DNA from: the human T2T-CHM13v2.0 reference genome, Homo sapiens
Assembly (NCBI RefSeq): GCF_009914755.1
Contig: NC_060933.1
Length of the DNA: 64,000 nucleotides
Reading direction: 5' to 3' (one strand)
Shown: piece by piece, positions 1-13,110 of the stretch
How the letters are laid out: each line of letters opens with the position of its first letter
How positions within the stretch are numbered: position 1 is the stretch's first letter
Translations under genes and position numbers: made by a program
The notes under the pieces: generated by a model
Told to the model about the DNA's origin: nothing
The model's database searches: none
The model's input: the letters and a program-made list of their open reading frames with translations, nothing else

Positions 1-194
1 TGGCAGATGGTGGGAACCAAGTTTCTCACTGTTGGAGTGGGAAATTACAGATAAGCCAGGTGTGAGGAGGCTAGAACGACCCACGTGGTAATGGATTACG
101 GTTGGAGACATCAGTATGAACTCATGTTTAGCTTAATACAGATATAGATGGTTACATATAGAAATCTTTACAGATATGTGTATAGGCATGGGTT

Positions 195-258
<64 letters not shown>

Positions 259-790
259 TTCTTGGCTCTGCCAGCTGAGAGGACCTAGAAACGATGATAC
301 CCCAGTAGCAGCAAGCATACTTCATACCTGTTTTGTGCTAATCTTGGTTTCTAATACTGTTATTTGATAAAAGGAACCAGCGTTCCTTGGAGAAATGACT
401 AATTTTAAGACTAAGGCAAGAAATATAAAAGATGAGCCTGTTGCATATTGTATTGCCAGAAGGTAAGGAAGTGCTCAAACTAACAAACCAAAACAATACA
501 GGGGTTGTGTCAAAGGGATGCAGGAGCCAACTGAAAGAACTCTCAAAGGCCAAAGCTGGAACAATTTGAGCAGCATATAAATAATAGTATTGGATTGTAA
601 CCCAAAGTATAAAATAAATATCCACAAATCTATACTGATATAAATAAATGTGGAAGAATCGACAAATCTCTCATGCAGAAAATTTCAAATAATCTATGTA
701 GATTAGATCTCAAGAAGGTAGAATGTAACTTCCCACTTGTTAAATATTGGCTGAGCTTAGTGACTTCCTTGCAGAGTTTGAAGTGGTAGT
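1..790 (+). mobile_element. Old L1 (L1MC/MD-type) 3' region fragment
   Basis: Recognisable L1MC-like text (ggtaatggatt..gttggagacatcagtatgaactcatgtttagcttaata; tctcatgcagaa); subfamily and ends approximate. Confidence 0.6.
198..256. repeat. (CA)n microsatellite, about 29 units with one interruption
   Basis: Seen directly. Confidence 0.97.
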
Positions 791-1097
791 GTAAATTGTG
801 TAACCAATTCCCTATCAATGGGCTTTTAAAAATTGTAGATAGTGCTTCAATGAAACCTTGTGTATCTGTGTTTCTATATTTCTGTATTTTTGTAAGGTAA
901 ATATTCTAGGGAGACTATACCTTAAACATCTTGAAAGATATGTTCAAGTTGTTCTTCAAAATGTTATTGATTTCGATTCCTCCAAACAATGTATAAGAGT
1001 ACCAATGTCTACATGCTCTTGGTACAATATATGACTCACAACATGTATTTTTATTTGATATACAAAGAGCTTTTATCAATCAATAATAAGAGAAAAC

Positions 1098-1238
1098 CTG
1101 CTTTGGTGACATAGTGAGACCCCATCCATACAAAAAAAAAAAAAAAAAAAAAGCCAGGTGTGGTGATGCATGCCTGTAGTTTCAGCTACTTGACAGGCTG
1201 AGGTGGGAGGATACTCAAGCCCAGGAGTTTGAGGTTGG
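1098..1238 (+). mobile_element. AluJ-type fragment with long A-run in the linker
   Basis: gtgagacccc...A-run...gccaggtgtggtg..gcctgtagtttcagctac..ggctgaggtgggagg..cccaggagtttgagg. Confidence 0.8.
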
Positions 1239-1792
1239 AAGGACAGATGTCCCAGTAGAAAGATAGTTCTTCACAAGGACCTGTGCAGGCAGTTCAGAAG
1301 GCAAATAATACAAATGACCTATAAATATTTGGAACAAAAAAAGTTAACTGAAAAAAAGCAAAACAAACAAACAAAAAACACCTGAATAGTGATGAAAGAA
1401 ATGTGAAATTGAAACTGTGAAATACCATTTTTTTCCATCGAATTAGTTAAAAAAAAAAAAAAACTGATAGTAACTGGTATTGGCCTGTGTATGGCAACAT
1501 GGATCTGCTTCAACTTGTTGATGGGTAAACAAATAGACCTTTTGGAGGCCACTTTTTTTACATATACTTTTGAAAACAGGTACACACGCTTTTATTCACT
1601 CCACTTTACATGAATTTATCTGAGGACCTTAATAAAAAGTGTACAAACATATGTATAAAGATGTTCATCTCAGCATTATTACAACAAAATTAGAAATAAC
1701 CTATTCAACAGTAGAGGGTTATTTAAGAAAATGATGATACTTCTCTATGATGAAATACTTGGAAGCTGCTAAAAATTGTAGAAGAATATTCA

Positions 1793-2222
<430 letters not shown>

Positions 2223-4503
2223 CTATATGTGAGACTGAGATTTGTCTTTTTGTACTTATCTCTTACGACTTACTTTTGTACTTATCTCTTATTCCTTGTT
2301 TTCTTCATCAAACTTCTGAAGTTAAAAACTTAAGTTTTGTAGTTAGAAAAGAAAATAAAATAAAAAAGTGTTTACAACTATGCTGATTCTACCTTTGTAA
2401 TGTCTTCCTTATCTCCCTCTTCTTCCCATCTCCTTCAGCATGGCACTGGCTCAGACCTCCTCATCTCTCACTGAGACCATTGCATCAGTTTTCTAATGGG
2501 TGTCTCTATCCTTGCAAAGGATCTCATCTATCACCCTGCTCAGAAGCCTCTGAAAGTCCCTGTGTAGCATAGTGTTTTAGCTCCTTCCTCTCACCTTGTT
2601 GCACCAGTCCTCCCCTCCTCACCACACACCCAATCTGGTCTTTTTCTCCCTCCCCACCCTCATCGTCACTCACAACCCCCACCCACAGCACTCCTGCAAC
2701 ACCAGTGCTTTCAGCCTATCCAGCCGTCCCTGGTCATGGAACATATGGCCACACTTCAGTCTTCTCTTGTTTAAAGTCTACCCATCTTTCAAGGCCTATC
2801 TTCTTCGAGAAGCCTTCCTCTGTCATTACCTCTCTCATACTTTGGTTTACTGTTTGAACTTCTTCCATGGCCACTATTACCAGCTGCCTTCTAATACAGC
2901 GATTCCTTAAGGATTCTGCCTCCTCCTCTGGTCACCTCAATTTCAGGAAGGTCTGGGCTCCCAGTGCCTGGAGCCCACACACCGAAGGGGCTTCATGGAA
3001 CTCTGCTGAATCGAGTTGTTGACTCAGAGTTGCCTCTGCACAACATGGGCTGCAGTTCCAGAGTCAATGCTTCCATGTTCCGTAATATGCCATAAACGTG
3101 TGATTCTTTGACATGCAGGAATCTATTAAATTGTACATGTAAACTATCACACTTGAGTGTGATAATATGCCATAAAAATGTACACATATTAAAATATAAG
3201 GTTTATGGGCATCCCATTTGGTATTTAGAAAAACTTTTTTCTGTAACTGGCTAGTAAATATTTGAGTCTGAGCTTAATTGTGGGCAATTCCTTGGAAAAA
3301 AATGATTCTATGGAAACCCAGTCATGTCCTGGAGGCAACCACAGATAATTACACTGAGAAAACATTTCTATAATACTCCTGCTTAATATAAAAAGCACAT
3401 TGTTGATTCTTGGTTTCTCTTTCTTTGCTTTCTATTTGAAAAGTGATGGTATTTCAATAACGAGAATACATTTTATTGCAGCAGTAAGCTTGTTTTATTA
3501 GCTCTGGAATATCCTTAACTATATTTTTCCCTATAAAGTTTAGGGGTTTTAGATGCCTTGCCTTCTTTTTAATTCTCCCTATTCCCCGTGCTTTGCCTGG
3601 CTCTCCACCTTTCTTTGCAGTGCTGTCATTGCACTCTTGGGCATCCGTGTTTCACATAGAACTGTTGTTACAGAAGTGAAACATAAACAGGAAGAGCTAG
3701 CCACTTCCCAGCATTTCTTGGCATGAGTCTCTTCCGTTGCATTGAGGTGCCATGTGAGTCAGCTCCACTCTGGTAGATGACTTTCCTGTTCCACCATCAG
3801 ACACAGGGGTTCAGGCTGTTGCAGTATGTGAGAGGTCAAGCATGAATGGGCTTCTGAACCAAAGCTACCATCATACCCTTTTTGGTGCATGCTGTCTCCG
3901 GGAAAACATGCCCTGTAACATGCATTGCTTTATGGAACTTTGAAAGAGATACTTCCATATCATTTACATTATGGGATGGGCCTCTCCCAAAAAATTAAAT
4001 TTGTTAAAATTGTGCAAATATTGATGAATCCTCCTTATCTTAGGGCTGGCTGGGGATATGGACCTCACAAGTGTTCCTACCAATATACATGTCCCTTTGG
4101 CTCTTTGTCCATCTGTCCCTCCATCCACCCATCATCTATGATCTCCCCACAACTGGGATCCTTCTGAGCAGGAATTCAGTCTGATTCATCTCAGGATTCC
4201 CAGCAACTCTTCTCGAGACTCGTGTCACGGAGGCCCAGCGCTCCCTGGGATGACGAGGAAAGTGCTGCTTTCTCTTGGCACTGCAGTGTGCACTGGAGAC
4301 AGGGTGCTGAGAACACGGCCCATTTGCAGGGTTGGGTGCTGTAGAGGAACTCTTTAACTCATGTGACCCCAGGCTATCCTCTCCCAGTTTCCTGACCTCT
4401 TGGAAATCCCATAACAGCGGTGGGCAAGGGGGACACGGGTGGTCCAGCAATTAACAACTTTTCTGGTGTGTATGTGTGTATGTGTGTGTATTTGACTCTA
4501 CAG

Positions 4504-4593
4504 GTCAGTTTTTGGGTTGTACGAGAAATTCTAACAGCACAGACTTTAAAAATAAGGGCAGAAATCCTCAGCCATTTTGTGAAAATAGCCAAG
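4504..4593 (+). CDS. RALGPS1: RALGPS1 internal coding exon (RasGEF/CDC25 domain), [30 protein letters not shown]
   Basis: Acceptor ...tttgactctacag|GTC and donor AAG|gtaagc; 90 nt, phase 0-0; the peptide is a typical CDC25-domain helix (W-V-x-x-E-I-L ... R-x-x-x-L-x-x-F-x-K-I-A). Confidence 0.95.
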
Positions 4594-7307
4594 GTAAGCT
4601 TTTTATTATTATTTTTCCTTCCTTTCCCTCTTCTCTCCCACACCTCCTCCCCAAAAATATGTTTCCTCAGTACTTTGGGAGCTGCTTTGCTGTGGGCCTG
4701 CCAGGCACAGTTCAAACAGGGTGCTGTGGCTTGACTTCCCTAGGCAGAGCCAGCTGTTAGACCTGCCTGGGTGCTCACTAGCCCCCTAGCACCTTGTGCG
4801 CAAATTGGCAGCGTGCCCCACACCCTATAATTTTAGTGGCCAGCCATTCTCCTTACCTGGGCTTTCACAGTCTCTCCGCAAGGCAGGACCCAGAGGCTGC
4901 CCCTGGAATCCATTCATTCTCCTACTTTAGATTTAGCCAGTTCTGGGGGTTGATGGATTTTAGTTAGCATCAATGCTCAATGCTTGTGATATCGTTACAT
5001 CCTGCACAATATTGTCAGCAGTCAGCACACCCCACCCACCTCCCACTGAGCTTCAGGTCTGGGCCAGATGACTCTGCAGCCCCCCATCCCCACCTCCTGC
5101 CCCCGGCCTGATAGGTTCTGTCCTTGTTGGGAATCACCTTTTCCCTTCTTTTCCCTTATCTCTAGGAATGCTATGCCATCCCGTGGGCCATCCTGGAGTA
5201 CTGTCACGCCCAGTAGCTCCTCCCCATACACTGGTTTCAACCACCCAGGCTTGCCTGACTCTCAGCCGCAGCATCGTGCTGGCTGTTTCGCTGCTTGCTT
5301 CATGTGTGCATGTGTTGTCTTCCCACCCAGGTCCTAGGAAAGCTGCCCTTTACGAGCCAGGCACCATGCTGTGGTCACCTGCTTTACTGACCTCATCATA
5401 TTCAGTGCTCACATGATTATTATTCCATTTGCAGAGGAAGGAGAACTTAGAGAGGTGAAGTGTCCATGCTCAGGGCCCCATAGCCAGTCAGTGGTGGGCA
5501 GGAATCGGAGTCGTGCCTCTCTGCCTTCAGGGAAGCTGCTCTACTGGCCCTCATGGGCGGGTTAAGTGCATCATCTATTTATGTTAAGAGCAATGGCCAC
5601 ATTTACTTCCTATGCATTCTCCTGAAGTACTTGGAACTGGTGCTGGGCTTAATGATATTTGTTGCTGTCAATCAGTTCTGTTCTGGGCCACAAGAGAAAG
5701 TAGGATGTGGTTCCATTCCTCCTGGGCTGTCAGTTTGGAAATGTGTTTATGGTGCCCACCCATGGAATTCAAAATGATCCCTCCTTAATCTCTGCCATTT
5801 TCTGTGTGGCAGACTGTCATGCTGGCTCTGTGCCCTGGGTCTTTCCTTGTGCAAGCCCCTTCCTTTCTCTGGGCCTTGGTTTTCCCATCTATAAAATGAA
5901 AGGGGTGGGTTAGATAATTTCCAGAGCTGTGGGTTAGATAATTTCCAGAGCCCTTTCAGCTCTAAAAAGAAGTTCTGTGACAGGCATAACAATGCAGATA
6001 CATAGAATGAAATTCAGTTCACTTAGAGAATCTATTCTTACACACAGGAAACAATTAGAGAATGTTACGAGATGTATGAAATGAAGTATTTAGCTCATGT
6101 GGTGAGAGAGAAATTTCCAAGTAGGAACAGAGTTGTGAGGACTAAGTATAAGGGCTTTTCCTTTCTTTATGCATTTCACTAGGCCCTACAATGTGCTGGG
6201 CACTGTACTGGGTACCAGAGACACCATGGTAGACAAAACTTTGTCCTTGCTCTCGGGAAACACACAGTCCAGGGTGAGAGAGAGGCAAGTAAAAAGCAAG
6301 TACAATCCAGTGTGCTACAGATATGCATGGACTTCTGTGGGGACACAGTCAGGAAAGACATATTAGAGGAAGGGGCAACTGAGCTTGGAAATACTTAAGT
6401 GACAGGGGTGGGCAAAGACAAGGCTGAGACTCATATTGTACTGAGCTCCTGCCCTGGGACCAGCCACTGGTCTAGGCAGTTGATATGTACTGTCTCATGT
6501 AGCAGAAGTGCCGTGATTGCCTTCTGCACTTTAAGGATGAGGACATCAAGGCTCAGAAGGATTAGGACACACAAGTAGTGGGAGCTGGGATTGGAACCAG
6601 GTCTTTTGATTCCATAGAGCGTGCCTAATAACCCAAACTTCATTGACTCCCAAGAAAGAGAAATGGCACCCCCGTCCTGTTAGCAGGTTTCTCTTAGCAT
6701 AAAACCAGGAACAGAGCAGTCGCATTTTTCTGCACTTACACTCGACTGTGTCTCATTCTGTTTCCCTCCATGGTAAGAAACTTGTCTGAGACTGAATTGA
6801 ATCCAAATGTTCTCACTAATTTGGGGTCTGGTTCAAAGGAACATGGTCAAGTGATGGGGAAGCCCGAGCATTGCCTTCCCAGCTGAGAGGGATTATGCAG
6901 ATTGGTACCATCTTTCCTTGGCCTCTGTCTCCTTCTGGTGTTAAGATAATCATAGAAGACCCACATTGATGCTGTTGGCACAGTCGGGGTTTTAGTTTAC
7001 AAAAGCCTGCTGGGACAGTATTCAGATTTGTCTAAAGAAAGAACGTAATGCACACTATCAAACCTTACCCCGTGCCACGTTTCTATCCAGACTAGTCAGA
7101 CTCACGTTTTAGATGCAGACTCACCTTTTGACAATTTAAGAGGAAAAAAGCATATGGTTTCTTTGAAATCCTTAGAACTATGTTTTCCACATGAGATATT
7201 TTTAAGTGTAATTGAATTTCATAAATATGACATTTGGTAACACTTGAGCATGTTTTTGTTCTGTTGTTTATAGCAGCAAAATAATCTATTCCATATCTTT
7301 TTTTCAG

Positions 7308-7400
7308 AAACTTCTAGAACTCAACAACCTTCATTCTCTCATGTCTGTGGTATCAGCATTACAAAGTGCTCCCATCTTCAGGCTGACAAAAACCTGGGCT
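7308..7400 (+). CDS. RALGPS1: RALGPS1 internal coding exon, [31 protein letters not shown]
   Basis: Acceptor ...cttttttttcag|AAA and donor GCT|gtaagt; 93 nt, phase 0-0; carries the RasGEF motif L-N-N-x-x-S-L...S-A-L-Q-S-x-P-I-x-R-L-x-K-T-W; continues the frame of the previous exon. Not in the ORF track. Confidence 0.96.
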
Positions 7401-9156
7401 GTAAGTTAATCTCCCTAAGTCTATCTAATTTTGGCTATCATTTCATTGGTGAAGTTCTTCATTCCACAAGCCCCAGCCTTTCTCTTACTGTCTATACTTT
7501 GCCAACAACAGAGTTACTATGAGTTGATGACAGTTCTGTAGGCATCCTCACTCCGTCAGTGACCCCAGCCCCATTTTGGCACCAGGGAATGGTGAAGGTG
7601 CTGACGTGGCTGGGGTCAGAAGCCCCCAGAGTGGATCTTCCTGGACACCACGATGTCATGAGTGATGACCGGGTCAGCGGCATGACTTCTGCCCTCCACT
7701 TGGCTGGAATTTTTCTCTGGCAGGCTCCAAACTGTCCTTGGGAAGGTCTCTGGGCTGATGGTTCGCAGCTGCCCTGGGTCACTAGCCATACCGCTAAGTT
7801 TCTCTGGAGAAACCTGTGACCCCCGTGTAGGAAAAAACGGATTTTTTTCCTAAGGCCCTGGATAATTTCAGCTCAGAGGTGGAGTCTGATAGTTACATAA
7901 TTGAGTCTGTAGGAAAGTTTTTCTGCTGTAAAAATACTTTAAAAATATCTCAGACCTCTTTATGCTCCTTCGCTTGGCATAGTGCCTGACATGGGGGAAG
8001 TAATTGCTATTTCCATAGCTCATTAGCATTCACCTCCTGGCCTGCCTGATCTGGGGTCTCTCACAGCCACACAGCGCAAGCCTTTTAAGACCTGTTTATA
8101 TCCCACGGAACTGACAAAAACTGTATGGAATTGTCAGATGTGCTTCTGCAACTCATTTCCGAACTGCTTTCTGCCAGTCTGTGGGGCTGGGCTCTGTTTC
8201 CTACTTGGCTGGTTCAAGGGCTTTTAAAATACTCAGGGATTATGTTGTAGGTGATCGAAAATGAGCCTTGTTTCTTTAAATTGCTGTTTCCATAGATCTA
8301 GTCCTCGCAAAGTAGAGTGAGAAGTTTTAGCCCAGTGTCAGAAAACTGGGTTTGCATTCAGGTGCCATTCAGAGCATGACTTCTGTGCGACTTATTTTCT
8401 CATATCAACTCGGGGAGGTTGGCCTAGATTCTTGGTTTTCCATCAGTGCTTCGTGGAGTCCCAGGGGTTCCTTAGAGTTGCCTTGGGTGCCGCCAGGGGC
8501 TGAGAGAGTGGAGAGATGCTGCCAAGCAGGCAGTTTGGGCACTATTTCCACCAGAGCAGCTCTGTTTGTATCAGTTTTATGTACTGGACTTCTGGGTGAA
8601 TTTCAACTGAGCAATGGCTTTGGAGGTCGAAAGCAAGTTTGGAAGCCACCGGTCTTAGCAGTTGCTGCCAGCCCTGTGATTCCAAGTCCATCTGACCAGT
8701 GAGGCTTTTTTTCAAAAGTTGCTTGGAGATTCTTTTTCAAATGAATTTTCCATCACTTAGATGCTGTTATTGTTTTTTGGACTGCCGGGAGCTATGTGAG
8801 GACCCAGCAGGATGATTTTTGAATCTTCTCATGATGCCTAGACTTTACTGTCAGTAATATTGTAACTCTCAACAATCCCTATAAGCTGTACAGTTGGTGG
8901 AGGCAGAGATAGTTAATACAGAGGGCTGGGTGTCTAAGGGTCTTGCGCAGAGATACGGTCCACTCAGTGATAGGGCCAGGCCCATGGATGAAGCGATGGT
9001 GTCCTCCAGGGGATGCTGTGTACTGCCAGGACAGTGGGCAGCAGCAGGTCACAGCAGTATCCAGGACCACTCTGTTTGGCTTGACAGGCCCTACTCAAGG
9101 TGGCTGGGTCTTCACTCCTGTTGATGGTTCTTTGCTGTAATGAAAATAAACCTCCA

Positions 9157-9478
9157 GGCCAGGTGCAGTGACTCACTCCTGTAATCCCAGTACTTTGGGA
9201 AGCTGGGGGTGGGAGGATCGCTTAAGGCCAGGAGTTTGAGACCAGCCTAGACAACATAGCAAGACCTCATCTCTGCAAATATTCACAAAATTAGCTGGGC
9301 ATGGTAATGTGCACCTGTGTCACAGCTACGCAGGAGACTGAGGCAGGAAGGTCCCTTGAGCCCAGGAATTCAAGGCAGCAGTGAACTATGATTATGCCAC
9401 TGCCCTCCAGGTTGGGTGACAAAGACCCCATCTCTGAAAAAGAGAGAGAGATTGATTGAGAGAGAGAGAGAGAGAGAA
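9157..9478 (+). mobile_element. AluJ with (GA)n-converted tail
   Basis: Dimeric Alu with J-type features (ggatcgcttaaggccaggagtttgag; cccaggaattcaaggcagcagtg); tail gagagagag. Confidence 0.92.
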
Positions 9479-9636
9479 GAAATCTCCTTGGGGAGCCTGG
9501 AATGGAATTTGCACCCAGGACCCATTCAAAGGTGTGGGCATATTCACCTAGCTCCCTTCCAGGCCATCTGGGTTGTGTTCTTCCTCACACATATGCCAAG
9601 ATAAAAGCATGTGGCAGGCACTGCCCTAAATGCTTT

Positions 9637-9946
9637 TTCTATCTATCTATCTGTCTGTCTGTCTGTCTGACAAGGTCTCACTCTGTCACCCAGCTGGAGT
9701 GCAGTGGCCTGAACACAGCTCACTGTAGCCTCAGCCTCTTGGGCTCAAGCAATCCTCCCACCTCAGCCTCCTGAGTAGTTGGGACTACAGGCCATACCAC
9801 CACATCCAACTAATTTTTAAGTTTTCTGTAGAGATGGTGCCTTGCTATGTTGCCCAGGCTGGTCTCAAACTTCTGGGCTCAAGCAGTCCTCCTGCTTCAG
9901 CCTCCCAAACTGTTAGGATTACAGGTGTCAGCTTTTATACCTGGCC
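9637..9946 (-). mobile_element. AluJ inserted into a MIR; (TCTA)/(TCTG) tail
   Basis: Reverse Alu ending ctggcc at 9946; flanks ccctaaatgcttt / ccctaaacacttt resemble a target-site duplication; MIR sequence on both sides. Confidence 0.92.
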
Positions 9947-10150
9947 CCTAAACACTTTACATATATTAACCATTTTGTTCTGACAGCTACCCATTGAGAT
10001 AGGCACTGTTACTATTGTCATTTATAGATGAGGAAACAGACACAGAAAGGTAGAGTGGTTTATGCAGGGTCCCACAGCTAAGTGGCAGGGCTAGGATCAA
10101 ACCTAAGCAGCCTGGCTCCAGAATCCATGCTCTTAACCACCATACCCCAC
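9947..10150 (-). mobile_element. MIR
   Basis: Core match catttatagatgaggaaacagacacagaaagg...cccacagctaagtggcagggctaggatcaaacctaagcagcctggctccaga. Confidence 0.8.
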
Positions 10151-12169
10151 TGAACAAAAAAGACAATTCCAGCTTACTCCCTGTCAGCCAAAACAAGAGA
10201 GGGGTCTTATTTTTTTATTTTTGTTTTTGTTTTCCCTTTTGTAACATAAGTATTGCATTAGGAACTTGAAAATAAGGTTGGTAGACTACCAGTGCCTCCC
10301 AGGCCTTTGGGTCTCTGTCTTGGGTGTGGCTGCTGCTGGCCTGGCACCTGGTTGCTGGAGTGCAGCAGAAAGAGCAGTCAGAGGAGGGCCTGTCAGGGAG
10401 GGGATGTGCAGCCAATGAGCCAGAGAGCTGCAGCAGGACTTTGAAGGCTGCCCTGCAAATGCCTTCTGGCCACTGATTCCTTGGATTGATTGTTTATACC
10501 ATGGCTTCTGTTGCTCCTCTACTTCCCTGGGTTGGCTCCTGTCTTTGCACCTCAGTTGGCATTTAGCTGGTGGGGAAGAGGAAGATGCCAGGGAACTAAG
10601 ATTACATGTCACCTTGCTGGGGACTCAGGGAAACAACATGTCCCTGTTCCTATTCTGAGAAACCTCCCTATTGTGTCCTAAGGGCTGAGCCAGGGCTCTT
10701 TCCCTGGTTACAGAGAGCCACTTACCAGAGCAAAAGGTGGGTAGATGCAGCATCCCAGGAAATAAGAATGGCAACTGCCACAGTATTGTGTCAGGGAGAG
10801 AGGAGGTGATACACACTGTGTGGATTACAGCATGAGGTCTCCAAGGTCACTTGTGGGGTAGCTGCTTGTTCTTGGTGAACCCACTATTCAGCCTTTGTTT
10901 TAGATCAGACTCTCCCCTCTCACTCACTCACATGTCTTGTTAATCCAAGGACTACATTTGGCATAGAACATTTAGGAAACAGAGGGGGCCAAACTCATCA
11001 TCTTTTTCTTTCATCCAAATCACCCCCAGCCCCAGTGGAATGGCAGACTCCACTGTCTGTATTCTTGATGCACCTGTCTGGTAACAGCACGCAGGGTGGA
11101 GCATGCACCGACTCTGCAGTTTTGTTTATAGGTCTGCCTCCCCCTTTTGACTGCATTCCTCATCGATGATGTTGATTTTTCTCTGTATCCTTGGTGCCCA
11201 GCCACTATACATTTGTTGTTTGAATTGTATGTGTTGTCCTGAGTTGCATTGCATCCTTCTTTTGCTGTTAATTTCTGGTATGAGATGGCCATAGAAATGT
11301 TGCCCAAAGAGAGCTGTTTCCTCTCTGCTCACTTGTCCTTTGAGTTGGGACTGGGGAGACCTCATGTGCCACAGAGTAGGGAGGTGCAGGTGGCATTGGA
11401 AGAACCAGCCATAACATCCCCAAAGGTCAGTGCTATGATAGTTTTTGTTTTGTAGAGGAGGAAACTGAGGTTTGAAGAGATAGAATGACTTGTTCAAGAT
11501 CCAGAGCTGGTGAGTGACAGAACCAGCATGACACAGCCTTGTCCTGCTGGAATCCACAGTCCGTCTTCTTGGCGGGTATGCTGGATGGCTTGCTAATGGC
11601 AAGAACCTGTGAGAGAATCAGGCTGGGCACAGGGCAGGGACAAATAGACACCTACACTGCTTGGGAAATGGGGCTAGAGAAATGCAGCTAGCACACAGGG
11701 CCTGGGGACAGGGCAGGCCAGCTCTCTGTGCCATCCCTGTGGGTTGCACTGAAAGCCTGAATATCTGGGAAACCTGGTGGAAGGGAGTTACAGGTGTGGG
11801 AGGATACCTGCCACTTGGCTGCATCACGGATGACTTCCAGAGAATTGGCCATTAAGCTAGGGCAGGGCGTCCTGTTGGCCTCTCCATGGGTGGCTGCTAA
11901 GTGCTAGCTGCTGGGTGAGCTGCACAGGACCGACTGACACTGAACATAGGCCTGTACACAGTAGGCCCTTAATAAATGCCATCTGCATACACAAACAGGA
12001 AGACTACCATAGCTGGCCTGGAAAAATGCAGATGGGTAATGATTTATCCCAGCACTGGGACCACTTTGGAATATTGGCTCCCTTAAAGCCATGAAACCTA
12101 AGCAAGAAGTTGTAGCAGCCATTTCTGATTTCCTGAGTACACATCACCGTGTGGCTGTTATTCATTCTG

Positions 12170-13110
12170 CAAATCAAACATTTCTCAAATGTCAGGCCCT
12201 GAAGCCATAGTCAAGGCCCCTGTCCTCATGGGCTTTCATGTTGGGGAGAATAAACATGTGCCTAGTCTGGCTGGCACAAGAAGTGATCAATAAATGTTTA
12301 TTGAATACATGAAGTGATCAGCAAAGAGCTGTCAAATTGGAAGAAAAGCGATGCAGAATACATGACAGAGAATGACTGAGTGTCTGCTTTAGTGTGGTGT
12401 TAGAGAAGGCCTTGCTTCCCTAGTGTCATGCTAAAGTACAGGCCTAACGTAGATTCAGGCCATGTACTTTCAGTCAAGGCCTGAATGACAAAAAAGAACC
12501 AGTCGTGCCAAGATGAGGGGATGAGTGTTCCAGGCAGAGGAGATGGCTGGTGCAAAGCCCTGCACAGGAATCAGCTTGCTGTGAGCAAGGAACTCAGAGG
12601 TCAGTGTGGCCAGAGCTCAGCGTGCCAGGAGGAGATGGATGTGAGAGGCAGTGACTGGGCAGCGGGGCCAATCATGTAGGGCTCAAAGCCTGAGAGAGGA
12701 GTTAGATTCTATTCCAAGTGCACTGAAGGATTTTAAACAGGAGGCGGACACAATCTGGCTTCCAGTTGCTCTTTGGTTTTTGTGTTTTTAATTACTGTTG
12801 CTACTGTGTGGAAAACAAACTGGGTGGGGGATGGGGACCAAGAGTGGAAACTGGGGGCCTACTCAGCAGGTTAGGGCAGAATTCAGGAGCAAGGGGATGT
12901 TGGCAGGATCAGGGTATGGCTGGGGATATGAGAACAGCAGGCTGATATCGGATATGTTGGGGAGAGCTGACAGATTGTGTGCTGGATGAGATGTCGAGAT
13001 GAAGAGAAGAGAATGAGGGGTGAGTCCTAGGTTTTGGGCCTGAGCAACTGAGAAGCTAATGAAACCTTTTCTTTGATTAGAGTGATCTCAAGAGGAGACT
13101 GACTGCTTTG
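12170..13110 (-). mobile_element. L2 fragments
   Basis: Typical L2 text (ccaggcagagg..gtgcaaagccc; gattctattccaag..ggattttaaacagga; gagtcctaggttttgggcctgagcaactg). Confidence 0.65.

Noticed and set aside
4420-4734. 104-aa ORF as a stand-alone gene
   Set aside because: Only 4504-4593 is coding (a RALGPS1 exon); the rest is intron read-through.
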